This document shows, in pieces, positions 1 through 9,638 of a DNA stretch of 64,000 bases. The notes beneath the pieces were generated by a model that worked only from the letters and a program-made list of their open reading frames with translations, did not search any database and was not told where the DNA came from. The first letter of the stretch is position 1. Every line of letters begins with the position of its first letter. Source of the DNA: an uncultured Oscillospiraceae bacterium (lineage in GTDB: Bacteria; Bacillota; Clostridia; Oscillospirales; Ruminococcaceae); assembly GCA_934466455.1 (NCBI GenBank), contig CAKSLF010000005.1, forward strand, positions 33,261 through 97,260. Direction: 5' to 3'. Both the position numbers and the translations under genes were made by a program.

Positions 1-40
1 AGCTTGCAGCAGAATAAAAGAAACGGCTTTATAAAGCCGA

Positions 41-72
41 AAAATGCGGCGTCTTCCGACGCCGCATTTTAC
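41..72. terminator. GC-rich hairpin AATGCGGCGTC-TTCC-GACGCCGCATTTT, a bidirectional rho-independent terminator downstream of deoB
   Basis: Perfect inverted repeat flanked by A-run and T-run, read directly in the sequence. Confidence 0.6.
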
Positions 73-118
73 TATTATATAATGTGAATTATAATACTTT
101 TTAATATATTTTGCCGAA

Positions 119-1294
119 TTATGCCTTTATTTCGTAAAGAAAGCTTTCTCCGTCGGTTTCGGAATCCGTTATTCCAAACATTTCAAGGATAGTTTTTGAT
201 TCATCGGCATAGGTTTTTCTTGTGCCAAGGTCAACCCCTGCCTTTATTTCATCTCCGTAAACAAGAAGCGGAATATATTCTCTTGAATGGTCGGTGGAGG
301 GGGTAGCCGGGTCGCAGCCGTGGTCGGCGGTTATCATAAGAACATCGCCGGAACGCATTTTTTGCATAAATCCGCCAAGCCAACCGTCAAATTCCGAAAG
401 AGCACGGGCATAGCCCGGGGCGTCGTTTCTGTGACCGTAGACCATATCAAAATCCACAAGATTGATAAAACAAAGCCCGGTAAAGTCTTTGTCCTGAAGT
501 TCGCTTGTGCGCTCCATTCCTATCTTGTTCGGACCCGTGCGGTATGTTTCGGAAACACCCTTGCCCGCAAAAATATCGTATATTTTTCCGACTCCGATTG
601 TTGCAATCCCATGGGCGGAAAGAACATCAAGGGCGGTGTCCTTTGGAGGAACAAGGGAAAAATCGTGGCGGTTTCCGGTGCGGTAATAGTCCGGATAGCT
701 TCCGGCAAAGGGGCGTGCAATAACTCTGCCGACGGCGTGTTTTCCGCAAAGCACGGCTCTTGCTTTCCGGCAGATGTCATAAAGCCGGTCTATGGGAATT
801 ACATCCTCGTGGGCGGCAATCTGAAAAACGCTGTCCGCAGAGGTATAGACAATGGGCTTTCCGGTAGCTTCATGCTCTTTTCCGTAGTCGAGGATAACCT
901 TTGTTCCGCTGTAAGGTTTGTTACAGAGGACCTCAAGCCCGGTTGCGGCGGTAAAGGCGTCTATTACTTCTTTTGGAAAACCGTCGGGATAGGTGGGAAA
1001 GGCCTGCCGGCTTGTAAGCCCGGCAAGCTCCCAATGCCCGGTGGTGGTGTCCTTACCCATACTTACCTCATTAAGTCTGGCAAATGCGCCGGCGGGATGC
1101 TCTGCCTTTTTAATGCAATCTACCCCGGCAATATTGCCAAGACCGAGATTGATCATATTCGGAATATCAAGCTCGCCGGTTGCGGCGCAGGCGGCAATGG
1201 TATTGCTGCCCTCGTCGCCGAATTTATCCGCATCGGGAAGCTCGCCGACCCCAAAGGAATCGAGGACGATCCAAAAAACACGCTTTATACTCAT
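119..1294 (-). CDS. deoB: phosphopentomutase
   Basis: 391 aa. N-terminal MSIKRVFWIVLDSFGVGELPDA and metal-binding motifs typical of DeoB. GGAGG RBS 8 nt upstream of the ATG. Confidence 0.9.
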   Translation of the reverse strand: MSIKRVFWIVLDSFGVGELPDADKFGDEGSNTIAACAATGELDIPNMINLGLGNIAGVDCIKKAEHPAGAFARLNEVSMGKDTTTGHWELAGLTSRQAFPTYPDGFPKEVIDAFTAATGLEVLCNKPYSGTKVILDYGKEHEATGKPIVYTSADSVFQIAAHEDVIPIDRLYDICRKARAVLCGKHAVGRVIARPFAGSYPDYYRTGNRHDFSLVPPKDTALDVLSAHGIATIGVGKIYDIFAGKGVSETYRTGPNKIGMERTSELQDKDFTGLCFINLVDFDMVYGHRNDAPGYARALSEFDGWLGGFMQKMRSGDVLMITADHGCDPATPSTDHSREYIPLLVYGDEIKAGVDLGTRKTYADESKTILEMFGITDSETDGESFLYEIKA

Positions 1295-2529
1295 TATTTT
1301 GCCTCCGTTTCAATATCGGCTTTATCTTTTACGCCCTTAATGACTTTGTATGCGCAGGTGCCTTCGGGCATATTTTTCTTTTTGAGCATATTTTCAAAAA
1401 TTTCTTTGGAAAAACGGTAGATTACCGCAAACAGCGGTACGCCGACAAACATTCCGACAACGCCCCAAAGTGCGCCGCCGACGAGAATTGCAAACATGAC
1501 CCAAAGCGCAGGAAGACCGGTGCTGTCGCCGAGAATTTTCGGACCGATGACATTGCCGTCAAGCTGTTGGAGAGCAAAGACAAATACCGCAAACCAAATT
1601 GCGTGCCAGGGGTCTATCATAAGAAGCAGCAATACGGAGGGAACCGCACCGAAGATGGGTCCGAAGAACGGAATGATGTTGGTAACGCCGACGATAAAGC
1701 TTATAAGCAAAGCGTATTCAAATTTCAGGATGCTCATACCGATAAAGCAGAGGATTCCGATTATAAGGGAATCCAAAAGCTTTCCGTTGATAAATCCGCT
1801 GAAGGTGCGGTGGACTTCTCTTGCAACCCGAACGGAGGTATCCGAAAAGCGGCGGCTGAAAATCGCATAGATGACCTTTTTAAGCTGAGCGATAAGAGTT
1901 TCCTTGCTGAAAAGGAGATATACCGAAATAATTATTGCAATAACAATATCGGCTATAAGGCTGCCTATCTGTACGGAGATGTTTGCAATGTTTTGAAGCT
2001 GAGGGATAAGTGCGTCGCTGTACTTTTTTGCGATCTCCATAATACCGTCTACGGTAATCTGAAAGTTCATCAAAGAATCAAGATAATTTATATCAAGGCT
2101 GTATTTTTCCGCAAGGGAGGAAATAAGATTTTTCAGCCCGTCGAAATACCCCGGAAGATTGTTAACAAGGGTAACTACACTTATCTTTATGTCCGGGAAG
2201 ATAATTACAAAAAAGAGAGAGAGCACCGCAATGGCGGAAATCCATGCGGCAATTATTGCAAGAACACGCTTTAGCGTCGGGCGGGGCTTCTTTTTATCGG
2301 CAAAGGTAAAATGCCGTTCAAAAAACATCATCGGACCGTTGATAAAGTATGCAAAGATTGCGGCGATGATAAAGGGTCTTAATATGTCGCCGACATAGCT
2401 GAAAATCCCGGCGACCCTCTTCAGATTGATGAGGATAAAATAAGCCGCAAGAATACCTATTCCGGCGACAATATAAACAACGGTGCGCTTTGTCATAGCC
2501 TCTGTCCATTTTATTTTCACTTTTTTCAC
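1294..2529 (-). CDS. AI-2E family transporter (PerM/YueF-like permease)
   Basis: 411 aa polytopic membrane protein with the AI-2E family signature region. The real start is probably the second GTG near 2520, which sits 8 nt after GGGAGAG. Confidence 0.75.
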   Translation of the reverse strand: MKKVKIKWTEAMTKRTVVYIVAGIGILAAYFILINLKRVAGIFSYVGDILRPFIIAAIFAYFINGPMMFFERHFTFADKKKPRPTLKRVLAIIAAWISAIAVLSLFFVIIFPDIKISVVTLVNNLPGYFDGLKNLISSLAEKYSLDINYLDSLMNFQITVDGIMEIAKKYSDALIPQLQNIANISVQIGSLIADIVIAIIISVYLLFSKETLIAQLKKVIYAIFSRRFSDTSVRVAREVHRTFSGFINGKLLDSLIIGILCFIGMSILKFEYALLISFIVGVTNIIPFFGPIFGAVPSVLLLLMIDPWHAIWFAVFVFALQQLDGNVIGPKILGDSTGLPALWVMFAILVGGALWGVVGMFVGVPLFAVIYRFSKEIFENMLKKKNMPEGTCAYKVIKGVKDKADIETEAK

Positions 2530-2761
2530 TCTCCCGTACTTTATATTTCATACCGCAGAAAAAAACGGCGTGCTTTTTCACCCATATAATAGCATACTAT
2601 TTCCCAAAAAACCATTAAATTTTTTTTAATCTTTGGGAATTTTTTATTTACTTTGATTTTACAAAAAAATTTTTCGTTTTTTATTTTCAACGGTGCGGAT
2701 TTGTGGTATATTTATTTATATAGATTTATGAAAAGATGAATTATGCAAAAGAGGTGCTTTT

Positions 2762-3604
2762 ATGGAATTTCAGGCGGAAATAATCCGGGCTATACAGTCC
2801 GTTGCAAGCCCTGCTCTTGATGTAATTTTTCAGATAATTACAATAATGGGAGAGGAGCTTTTTTTGCTGCCTGTGGCGGTGTTCCTTTTCTGGTGCGTAA
2901 ATAAAGAGCTTGGTTACTGGATATGTTGGTGTGCCGCACAGGGGAACCTGCTGGTCAATTCGGTAAAGGGGATTTTTAAGGTCGCCCGCCCGATAGGCTA
3001 TGAGGGTATACGAACCCTGCGTGCTTCCACTGCAACGGGGTATTCGTTCCCAAGTGGACATACACAGTCCTGCGCAAACCTTTTTACCGCTCTTGCAAGG
3101 GCGGTTAACCGCAAACGCTTTTGGATTTTGGCGTTTGTAATGCCCCTTTTGGTGGGAATTTCCCGTATGTATCTCGGCTGCCATTGGCCTATGGATGTCG
3201 GCGTGTCTTATGTTATCGGAATTTGCCTGCCGCTTATTCTTTGGCTTTTTTATCGAAAGTTTGCCCATCATAAGGCGGTGCTTTTTCTCATAAGTGCGCT
3301 TATATATGCGCCCTTCTGCTTTATGCAGGGAAATATAGCCGATTTTTGGAAGAGCTTCGGCTTTGCGCTCGGAATCGCTGCGGCAACCTTTGTTGAAACA
3401 AAATTCATCAATTTCTCCGTAGAGGGCACCATAAAGCAAAAAGCCCTGCGCTTTGTAATAGGGCTTGCGCTTATTGTTTTGGTATATCTGCCGCCGAAGC
3501 TTTTGCTCCCTGCAACAAATCCGGTTGCGTTTTTGCGGTATTTTGTGATTCCGATAGTTGTCATTGATGTTTGGCCCGCACTTTTCAAAAAATTCGGACT
3601 GTAA
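2762..3604 (+). CDS. PAP2 family phosphatase (phosphatidic acid phosphatase type 2-like) membrane protein
   Basis: KxxxxxxRP, PSGH and SRxxxxxHxxxD motifs present (KVARPIGY ... PSGHTQS ... SRMYLGCHWPMDV). RBS AAAGAGGTG upstream. Confidence 0.8.
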   Translation: MEFQAEIIRAIQSVASPALDVIFQIITIMGEELFLLPVAVFLFWCVNKELGYWICWCAAQGNLLVNSVKGIFKVARPIGYEGIRTLRASTATGYSFPSGHTQSCANLFTALARAVNRKRFWILAFVMPLLVGISRMYLGCHWPMDVGVSYVIGICLPLILWLFYRKFAHHKAVLFLISALIYAPFCFMQGNIADFWKSFGFALGIAAATFVETKFINFSVEGTIKQKALRFVIGLALIVLVYLPPKLLLPATNPVAFLRYFVIPIVVIDVWPALFKKFGL

Positions 3605-3686
3605 GATAAAATTTAATGATGGCGCAGGCTTTTTGCCTGCGCTGAATTTTTGCCGAAAAAGAGGTGAGCACCGCTTGAGATACTAT

Positions 3687-4298
3687 ATGCTCAATAAACC
3701 GAGGGGAACCGTTTCCGCAACAAGCGACCCGTTTTTCAAAACGGTTATGGATTGCTTTCCGACAGAAATGAGCACGGGGCTTTATCCTGTCGGGCGGCTT
3801 GACATTGATACGGAGGGACTGCTTGTAATAACGGACGACGGCGAGCTTACCTTTAGGCTTACCCGCCCGGAATTCGGCTTTGTAAAGCGATATTTGTTTA
3901 TGGCGTTTGGGAGCCTCACCTCTGCCGGAAAAGAAAAAATCGAAATGGGCGGAGCTCTTTACGGAAACGGAAAAACCGCAAAGCCCGCCCGGATCGAGCA
4001 CCTTGAGCACGAAAGCGTAGCTGCGTGCTCAAAATACATTCCGGCGGAAAAGCTTGAGCACTGTATGAAAAATCCGGGCGGTGCGGTAAGTGTCGGAATA
4101 ATTGCCGTTACCGAGGGGCAGCGGCACGAGGTAAAGCTTTTGCTTAAAGGAGCGGGGTGCAGCGTATTTTATTTGAAAAGGCTTTCCGTGGGTGAAATAT
4201 ACCTTGATGAAAACCTTGCGCCGGGGGAATTTCGGGAATTTACCCCGGAGGAAAAGGCTCTTGCAGAGAAATACAGAAAAATTTGGATTGACCTGTAA
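3687..4298 (+). CDS. RsuA-like rRNA pseudouridine synthase, short form without the N-terminal S4 domain
   Basis: LNKPRG ... GRLDIDTEGLLVITDDGEL catalytic-Asp motif of the RsuA/RluB family. The start could be the TTG at about 3676 or the ATG at 3687. Confidence 0.75.
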   Translation: MLNKPRGTVSATSDPFFKTVMDCFPTEMSTGLYPVGRLDIDTEGLLVITDDGELTFRLTRPEFGFVKRYLFMAFGSLTSAGKEKIEMGGALYGNGKTAKPARIEHLEHESVAACSKYIPAEKLEHCMKNPGGAVSVGIIAVTEGQRHEVKLLLKGAGCSVFYLKRLSVGEIYLDENLAPGEFREFTPEEKALAEKYRKIWIDL

Positions 4299-4304
4299 AA
4301 CAAA

Positions 4305-4342
4305 AAAAAGCGGCTTTCTTCGGGGGAAAGCCGCTTTTTTGT
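4305..4342. terminator. bidirectional terminator hairpin AAAAGCGGCTTTCTTCGGGGGAAAGCCGCTTTTTT
   Basis: Perfect stem with A and T tracts on both sides, lying between convergent genes. Confidence 0.7.
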
Positions 4343-4353
4343 GTTCGGGGGCG

Positions 4354-4980
4354 TTAAAGGGTAAATTCGCTGCGGATAAGCAGAGCCTTGTCTGCGCCGT
4401 CCGCAAGATACTGATAAATAAGGCGGTATTCGCCTTTTGAAAGCTCGCCGCAGTATTTTGTCCAGTTCAGCTTTATTTCGGTGGAGCAGCCCGGCTCCAC
4501 CTTCCATGTGCTTTCGTCATTGGAATATTCATCGCCGATAAGCTTCCATTCGCCGGAAGAATCCCGCTTTTCAATTCCGTAGCCGAAAAAGCTGTATGCG
4601 GTATCTCTGTTGTTCGTAAAGGAAACCTTGCAGCCATCCGGCGTTACGGCGGAAAGGGATATGTAAAGGGAACTGTTTTCCGAGCGGAAAACCAAATCCC
4701 AGCTTTCGGCGGTTATCTGCAAGGGATAGCTTTCTCTGATTTCTCCGTCAAAGGTTACCGAAACGGTGTCGCCAACAGCTGCGCCGTTATCCGCAAGCTT
4801 TGCGGAAGAAAAGCTGACAAGAGAACCTTTTTCAATATCCCCGCCGACGGATTCCGCCAAAACAAAGCCGGAATCGTCCTTCTTTGTGATTATTCCCTCA
4901 AATTCGCTTATCTTCGGCTGTGAGGAGCACCCATAAAGAGCAAGAATAAGTGCAAGAGAAGCGGTATAAAGTTTTTTCAC
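4354..4980 (-). CDS. lipoprotein of unknown function
   Basis: Signal peptide ending in lipobox LYGCSS. GTG start 7 nt after GGAGGG. No recognisable catalytic motifs. Confidence 0.6.
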   Translation of the reverse strand: MKKLYTASLALILALYGCSSQPKISEFEGIITKKDDSGFVLAESVGGDIEKGSLVSFSSAKLADNGAAVGDTVSVTFDGEIRESYPLQITAESWDLVFRSENSSLYISLSAVTPDGCKVSFTNNRDTAYSFFGYGIEKRDSSGEWKLIGDEYSNDESTWKVEPGCSTEIKLNWTKYCGELSKGEYRLIYQYLADGADKALLIRSEFTL

Positions 4981-5162
4981 GGTTGTTCCCTCCGTTCTTT
5001 TTCTTTTCCTTTGATATAGTGCAATTATACTGCGGAATTGTTGCAAAACCTTGACGAAAAGTTTTTGGCGGTGTTAATAAAAATTTAATTGTACCTTTTT
5101 GCGCATTATGTTATAATATATAGAACTATAATGGAATATTATGCGAAAGGGGGATTTCCGCC

Positions 5163-5669
5163 CTGAGGATAATCGGAATAGATCCGGGCTATGCAATAGT
5201 CGGCGTCGGCGTTGTGGATTATGTTAAAAACAAATTCTATCCCGTAAAATACGGTGCGGTGGATACCCCGGCGGGAACGCCGTTTAATACCCGCCTTAAT
5301 ATAATTTACGATACCGTGGCGGAGGTTATTGCGCAAACAAAGCCCCAATGTATGAGCATAGAAAAGCTTTATTTCAACAGCAACCAAAAAACCGCAATCG
5401 AGGTTGCGGAGGCAAGGGGGGTCATTCTCCTTGCGGCAATTCGGGCGGGAATACCCGTTTTTGAATACACTCCGCTCCAGATAAAGCAGTCGCTTGTCGG
5501 CTATGGAAGGGCGGAAAAAAAGCAGGTGCAGATGATGGTAAAGGAAACCCTGCGCCTTGATTCCGTACCAAAGCCGGACGATACCGCCGATGCTCTTGCT
5601 GCGGCAATATGCCACGGATATTCCGGCGGCTCGCTGCTTTCAAGAGTAATTGCGGAAAGCTCAAGATGA
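5163..5669 (+). CDS. ruvC: crossover junction endodeoxyribonuclease RuvC
   Basis: N-terminus (L)RIIGIDPGYAIVGVGVV matches the conserved RuvC start. The ORF is open from 5124. AAAGGGGGA RBS at 5146-5154 is spaced for a CTG at 5163. The alternative start is GTG at 5214. Confidence 0.8.
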   Translation: MRIIGIDPGYAIVGVGVVDYVKNKFYPVKYGAVDTPAGTPFNTRLNIIYDTVAEVIAQTKPQCMSIEKLYFNSNQKTAIEVAEARGVILLAAIRAGIPVFEYTPLQIKQSLVGYGRAEKKQVQMMVKETLRLDSVPKPDDTADALAAAICHGYSGGSLLSRVIAESSR

Positions 5670-5691
5670 TTTTTTCGGGAAGTGATTTTTA

Positions 5692-6297
5692 ATGATATAC
5701 AGCCTTAACGGAAAGCTCTCTCATATGGAGGACGGAATGTTTGTGGTGGAATGTTCCGGCGTCGGCTATGCCTGCAAAGCCTCCGGAACTACCCTCTCCT
5801 GCCTTCCGCCGGAGGGAAGCGAGATTTTTGTGTTTACCACAATGACTTTTACTCAGGAGCAGGGAATCGACCTCTACGGATTTTACGACCGTGCCGAGCA
5901 GGAATGTTTTCGTATGCTTACCGGGATCTCCGGCATAGGTCCGAAAGCAGCTCTTGCGGTGCTTTCGGAGTTTACGCCGGATTCCTTTGCGCTTGCTGTT
6001 GCGTCCGGTGACGCAAAGTCCATAACAAAGGCAAAGGGAATAGGGCCGAAGGCTGCGCAGAGAATCGTTCTCGAGCTTCACGATAAAATATCCGGCGATT
6101 CTGCGGCAAAGGGCTTTTCTGCACCGGCGGTTTCGGTCGGAAATCTTCAAGGAGCCGCAGGCGAAGCCATCGCCGCAATGGTAAGCCTTGGCTATACCAA
6201 TGCGGAGGCAGCCGCCGCCATAGGAAAGCTGCCGCAGGATCTTGCGGTGGACGAAATGATAAAACGGGCATTAAAATCCCTTGCTATGGGGAGATAA
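5692..6297 (+). CDS. ruvA: Holliday junction branch migration protein RuvA
   Basis: 201 aa with OB-fold N-terminus, GISGIGPKAALAVL HhH motifs and a C-terminal RuvB-interaction domain. Confidence 0.9.
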   Translation: MIYSLNGKLSHMEDGMFVVECSGVGYACKASGTTLSCLPPEGSEIFVFTTMTFTQEQGIDLYGFYDRAEQECFRMLTGISGIGPKAALAVLSEFTPDSFALAVASGDAKSITKAKGIGPKAAQRIVLELHDKISGDSAAKGFSAPAVSVGNLQGAAGEAIAAMVSLGYTNAEAAAAIGKLPQDLAVDEMIKRALKSLAMGR

Positions 6298-6312
6298 GGG
6301 GAGGAACTACGC

Positions 6313-7371
6313 TTGCTTTCTAAAGAACACGATTTTGAAAACCGAATTGTCGCCCCGGAAATGGAGGAAACCGACAGAGAAAACGAACTCAGCCTCCGCC
6401 CCAGAACCCTTGACGAATACATAGGACAAAGCAAGGCGAAGGAAAATATGGCGATATATATCGAGGCGGCAAAGCGCAGGGGCGACGCCCTTGACCATGT
6501 GCTGCTGTACGGACCTCCCGGGCTTGGAAAAACAACTCTTTCGGAGATTATTGCAAACGAAATGGGCGTCGGCTTTCGTATAACAAGCGGACCCGCAATC
6601 GAAAGACCCGGCGACCTTGCCGCATTGCTTACCAACCTAAACGAGAACGATATTCTTTTTATCGATGAAATACACCGTATGAACAGAAGCGTGGAGGAGG
6701 TTCTTTATCCCGCAATGGAGGATTACGCCCTCGATATTATTGTGGGAAAGGGTCCCTCCGCAAGAAGCATCCGCGTTGATTTGCCCCATTTCACCCTGGT
6801 GGGAGCAACAACAAGGGCGGGTCAGCTTTCTGCGCCGCTTCGGGACCGCTTTGGCGTCGTGGCAAGGCTGGAGCTTTATACTCCGGAGGAGCTTTGCAAA
6901 ATCGCAAGGCGCAGCGCAGATATTCTCGGTATAGAAATAGAGCCGGAGGGCGCAATGGAGCTTGCAAGAAGAAGCCGCGGAACCCCGAGAATAGTAAACC
7001 GCTTTCTTAAAAGAGTTCGGGATTTTGCGCAGGTTATCGGAAACGGCATAATTACAAAAGAAATTGCTGCGGAGGCTCTTTCCCGCCTTGAGGTGGATGA
7101 GCTTGGACTGGATTCAATCGACCGCCGCCTGCTCTTTACAATGATACACCACTATAACGGCGGTCCGGTGGGGCTTGAAACCCTTGCGGCGGCAATCGGC
7201 GAAGAAGCCGTAACAATAGAAGATGTCTACGAGCCGTATCTTATGCAGATAGGATTTTTGAGCAGGACCCCGAGGGGTCGCTGCGCAACGGCTCTTGCAT
7301 ACGAGCACCTTGGAATAAATCCTCCGCCGGCGGAAGGCTCCGCCCCGGAGCAGATGAAACTGGAGGTATGA
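6313..7371 (+). CDS. ruvB: Holliday junction branch migration DNA helicase RuvB
   Basis: [11 protein letters not shown] Walker A, DEIHR Walker B, TTL start with GGGGAGG RBS. Confidence 0.95.
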   Translation: MLSKEHDFENRIVAPEMEETDRENELSLRPRTLDEYIGQSKAKENMAIYIEAAKRRGDALDHVLLYGPPGLGKTTLSEIIANEMGVGFRITSGPAIERPGDLAALLTNLNENDILFIDEIHRMNRSVEEVLYPAMEDYALDIIVGKGPSARSIRVDLPHFTLVGATTRAGQLSAPLRDRFGVVARLELYTPEELCKIARRSADILGIEIEPEGAMELARRSRGTPRIVNRFLKRVRDFAQVIGNGIITKEIAAEALSRLEVDELGLDSIDRRLLFTMIHHYNGGPVGLETLAAAIGEEAVTIEDVYEPYLMQIGFLSRTPRGRCATALAYEHLGINPPPAEGSAPEQMKLEV

Positions 7372-7375
7372 TTTT

Positions 7376-8722
7376 TTGGGAAGAATTTTCGGAACGGACG
7401 GCGTGAGGGGAATAGCAAACGAAAAGCTTGATGTGGAGCTTGCCCTTGCAATTTCCCGTGCGGCAGGAATGATAATAAAGGCGGAGGGAATTGAACGCCC
7501 GAGAATTTTGGTGGGAAGAGATACCCGCCTTTCCGGAGAAATGCTCCAGTGCGCCGTTGCGGCGGGGCTTTCCTCCGTCGGCTGCGATGTGGAGCTTCTC
7601 GGCGTTGTGCCAACTCCCGCCGTTGCATATCTTGTACAGCGGCTTGGGGCGGACGGCGGCGTTATGATAACAGCAAGCCATAACCCGTTTATGTATAACG
7701 GAATCAAATATTTCGGCGGCGACGGCTTTAAGCTTACGGATATGCAGGAGGACAGAATAGAGCGCATTGTCCTTGATAAAAGTGAGAAAATCGAGCTTGC
7801 GGAAACGGATTGCATAGGAAAAATAAGCGTAAATTATCTTGCAATCGAAGCATACGAGGAGCATATTTATTCCGCCGTAAAGCATGACCTTTCCGGCTTG
7901 CGTATTGCGGTGGACTGCGCAAACGGTGCCTCCAGCAGAACGGCAAAGCGGATTTTCGGTGCAGTAAAGGCGCAGGCAAGCTTTATCGGCTGCGAGCCGG
8001 ACGGAACCAATGTAAACAAGGACTGCGGCTCGCTGCATACGGACGCACTGGGCGAATTTGTGCGCAAGGGGAATTTTGACCTCGGGCTTGCCTTTGACGG
8101 CGACGCCGACCGCTGCCTTGCGGTTGACGAAAACGGCGAGCTTATCGACGGCGATATGATCATGGCGATTCTTGCCCGGCGTTTTGCCGATGAGGGCAGG
8201 CTGAAGGGCAATATGTTTGTTCCTACCATAATGAGCAATATGGGGCTTTTCAAATTTGCCGAGGAGCAGGGCTTTAATTGCTACCCAACAAAGGTGGGCG
8301 ACAGGTATGTGCTTGAAACAATGCTCCGTACCGGTGCCTGCCTTGGCGGCGAGCAAAGCGGGCATACAATAATCCGCGAATATATGACCACGGGCGACGG
8401 CGAGCTTACCGGGCTTCTTCTTGCGGAAACGCTGCTTATTTCCGGAAAGAAAGCCTCGGAGCTTAAAAAGATTATGACCCTTTATCCGCAGGTGATGATA
8501 AACATTTCCGCAACGCCGGAGATGAAGGAACGACTTTCCGACCCGGAGGTAAAGAGCTATATAGATATAGAAACCCAAAGGCTTGAGGGCGACGGAAGAA
8601 TCCTTGTGCGTCCCTCCGGCACGGAGCCGATTATCCGTATTATGATAGAGGGAAGAGATAACGAAAAAATAAAGAAGCTTGCGGAGGAATGCGCCGAAAC
8701 GCTTCAGAACATACTTAAATGA
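7376..8722 (+). CDS. glmM: phosphoglucosamine mutase
   Basis: GTDGVRG N-terminus and the SHNP active-site Ser motif (ASHNPFMYNGIKYF). Confidence 0.9.
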   Translation: MGRIFGTDGVRGIANEKLDVELALAISRAAGMIIKAEGIERPRILVGRDTRLSGEMLQCAVAAGLSSVGCDVELLGVVPTPAVAYLVQRLGADGGVMITASHNPFMYNGIKYFGGDGFKLTDMQEDRIERIVLDKSEKIELAETDCIGKISVNYLAIEAYEEHIYSAVKHDLSGLRIAVDCANGASSRTAKRIFGAVKAQASFIGCEPDGTNVNKDCGSLHTDALGEFVRKGNFDLGLAFDGDADRCLAVDENGELIDGDMIMAILARRFADEGRLKGNMFVPTIMSNMGLFKFAEEQGFNCYPTKVGDRYVLETMLRTGACLGGEQSGHTIIREYMTTGDGELTGLLLAETLLISGKKASELKKIMTLYPQVMINISATPEMKERLSDPEVKSYIDIETQRLEGDGRILVRPSGTEPIIRIMIEGRDNEKIKKLAEECAETLQNILK

Positions 8723-8730
8723 GGTAGAAA

Positions 8731-9591
8731 ATGAGATACACAAAGGAGTGGCAGGATTACGAGCTTTTGGATTGCTCCGAAGGTGAACGCCTTGAACGCT
8801 GGGGAAATGTCGTGCTTATCCGTCCCGACCCTCAGGTTATATGGAATACGCCGAAGGAACATCCCCTTTGGCACAGGGCGGACGCAAGATATATCCGTTC
8901 AAAGGAGGGCGGCGGTCATTGGGAATGCCGCAAAAAGCTTCCGGAAAATTGGAACATCGGATATAGGGATTTGAAATTCAAAATAAGCCCAACCGGGTTT
9001 AAGCACACCGGGCTTTTTCCGGAGCAGGCGGTAAACTGGGATATGATGAGAGAAAAAATCGCCGGGGCGGGCAGAAGTATAAAGGTTCTCAACCTTTTTG
9101 CATATACCGGCGGAGCAACCCTTGCCGCAGCGTCGGCGGGGGCTTCCGTCTGCCATGTTGACGCAGCAAAGGGAATGGTGCATTGGGCAAGGGAAAATGC
9201 GGAGCTTTCCTCTCTTGCGGAAAAGCCCGTCCGCTGGATCGTTGACGACTGCGCAAAGTTTGTCGAAAGAGAAATTCGCCGGGGAAATACTTATGACGCA
9301 ATTATTATGGATCCCCCCTCTTATGGAAGAGGTCCCGGCGGCGAGGTTTGGAAGCTGGAGGATCAGATTTATGACCTTGTTAAGCTTTGTACGGGGGTCC
9401 TTTCCGACGATCCGCTTTTCTTTCTGCTTAATTCGTATACAACGGGGCTTTCCGCCTCTGCTATGGCGTATGTTCTCGGCGTAAATATGCAAAAATTCGG
9501 CGGAAAGGTTTCCGCCGAGGAAATCGGCTTGCCGGTAACCGCAAGCGGAATGGTGCTTCCTTGCGGAAGCAGCGCAATCTGGAGCAAATAA
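8731..9591 (+). CDS. class I SAM-dependent methyltransferase (RlmI/COG1092-like, no PUA domain)
   Basis: VLNLFAYTGGATLAAA SAM-binding motif I and the DAIIMDPPSY motif IV. Confidence 0.7.
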   Translation: MRYTKEWQDYELLDCSEGERLERWGNVVLIRPDPQVIWNTPKEHPLWHRADARYIRSKEGGGHWECRKKLPENWNIGYRDLKFKISPTGFKHTGLFPEQAVNWDMMREKIAGAGRSIKVLNLFAYTGGATLAAASAGASVCHVDAAKGMVHWARENAELSSLAEKPVRWIVDDCAKFVEREIRRGNTYDAIIMDPPSYGRGPGGEVWKLEDQIYDLVKLCTGVLSDDPLFFLLNSYTTGLSASAMAYVLGVNMQKFGGKVSAEEIGLPVTASGMVLPCGSSAIWSK

Positions 9592-9638
9592 TAAAACAAA
9601 GACAGTTTTTATAAACAAAAAAACGGGAGGCGGCAAAA

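Noticed and set aside
5139-5615. 158-aa minus-strand ORF
   Set aside because: Overlaps ruvC on the opposite strand. ruvC has conserved catalytic motifs.
7241-8743. 500-aa minus-strand ORF
   Set aside because: Antisense to glmM and the ruvB 3' end. No RBS or domain signal. glmM has a clear catalytic motif on the plus strand.
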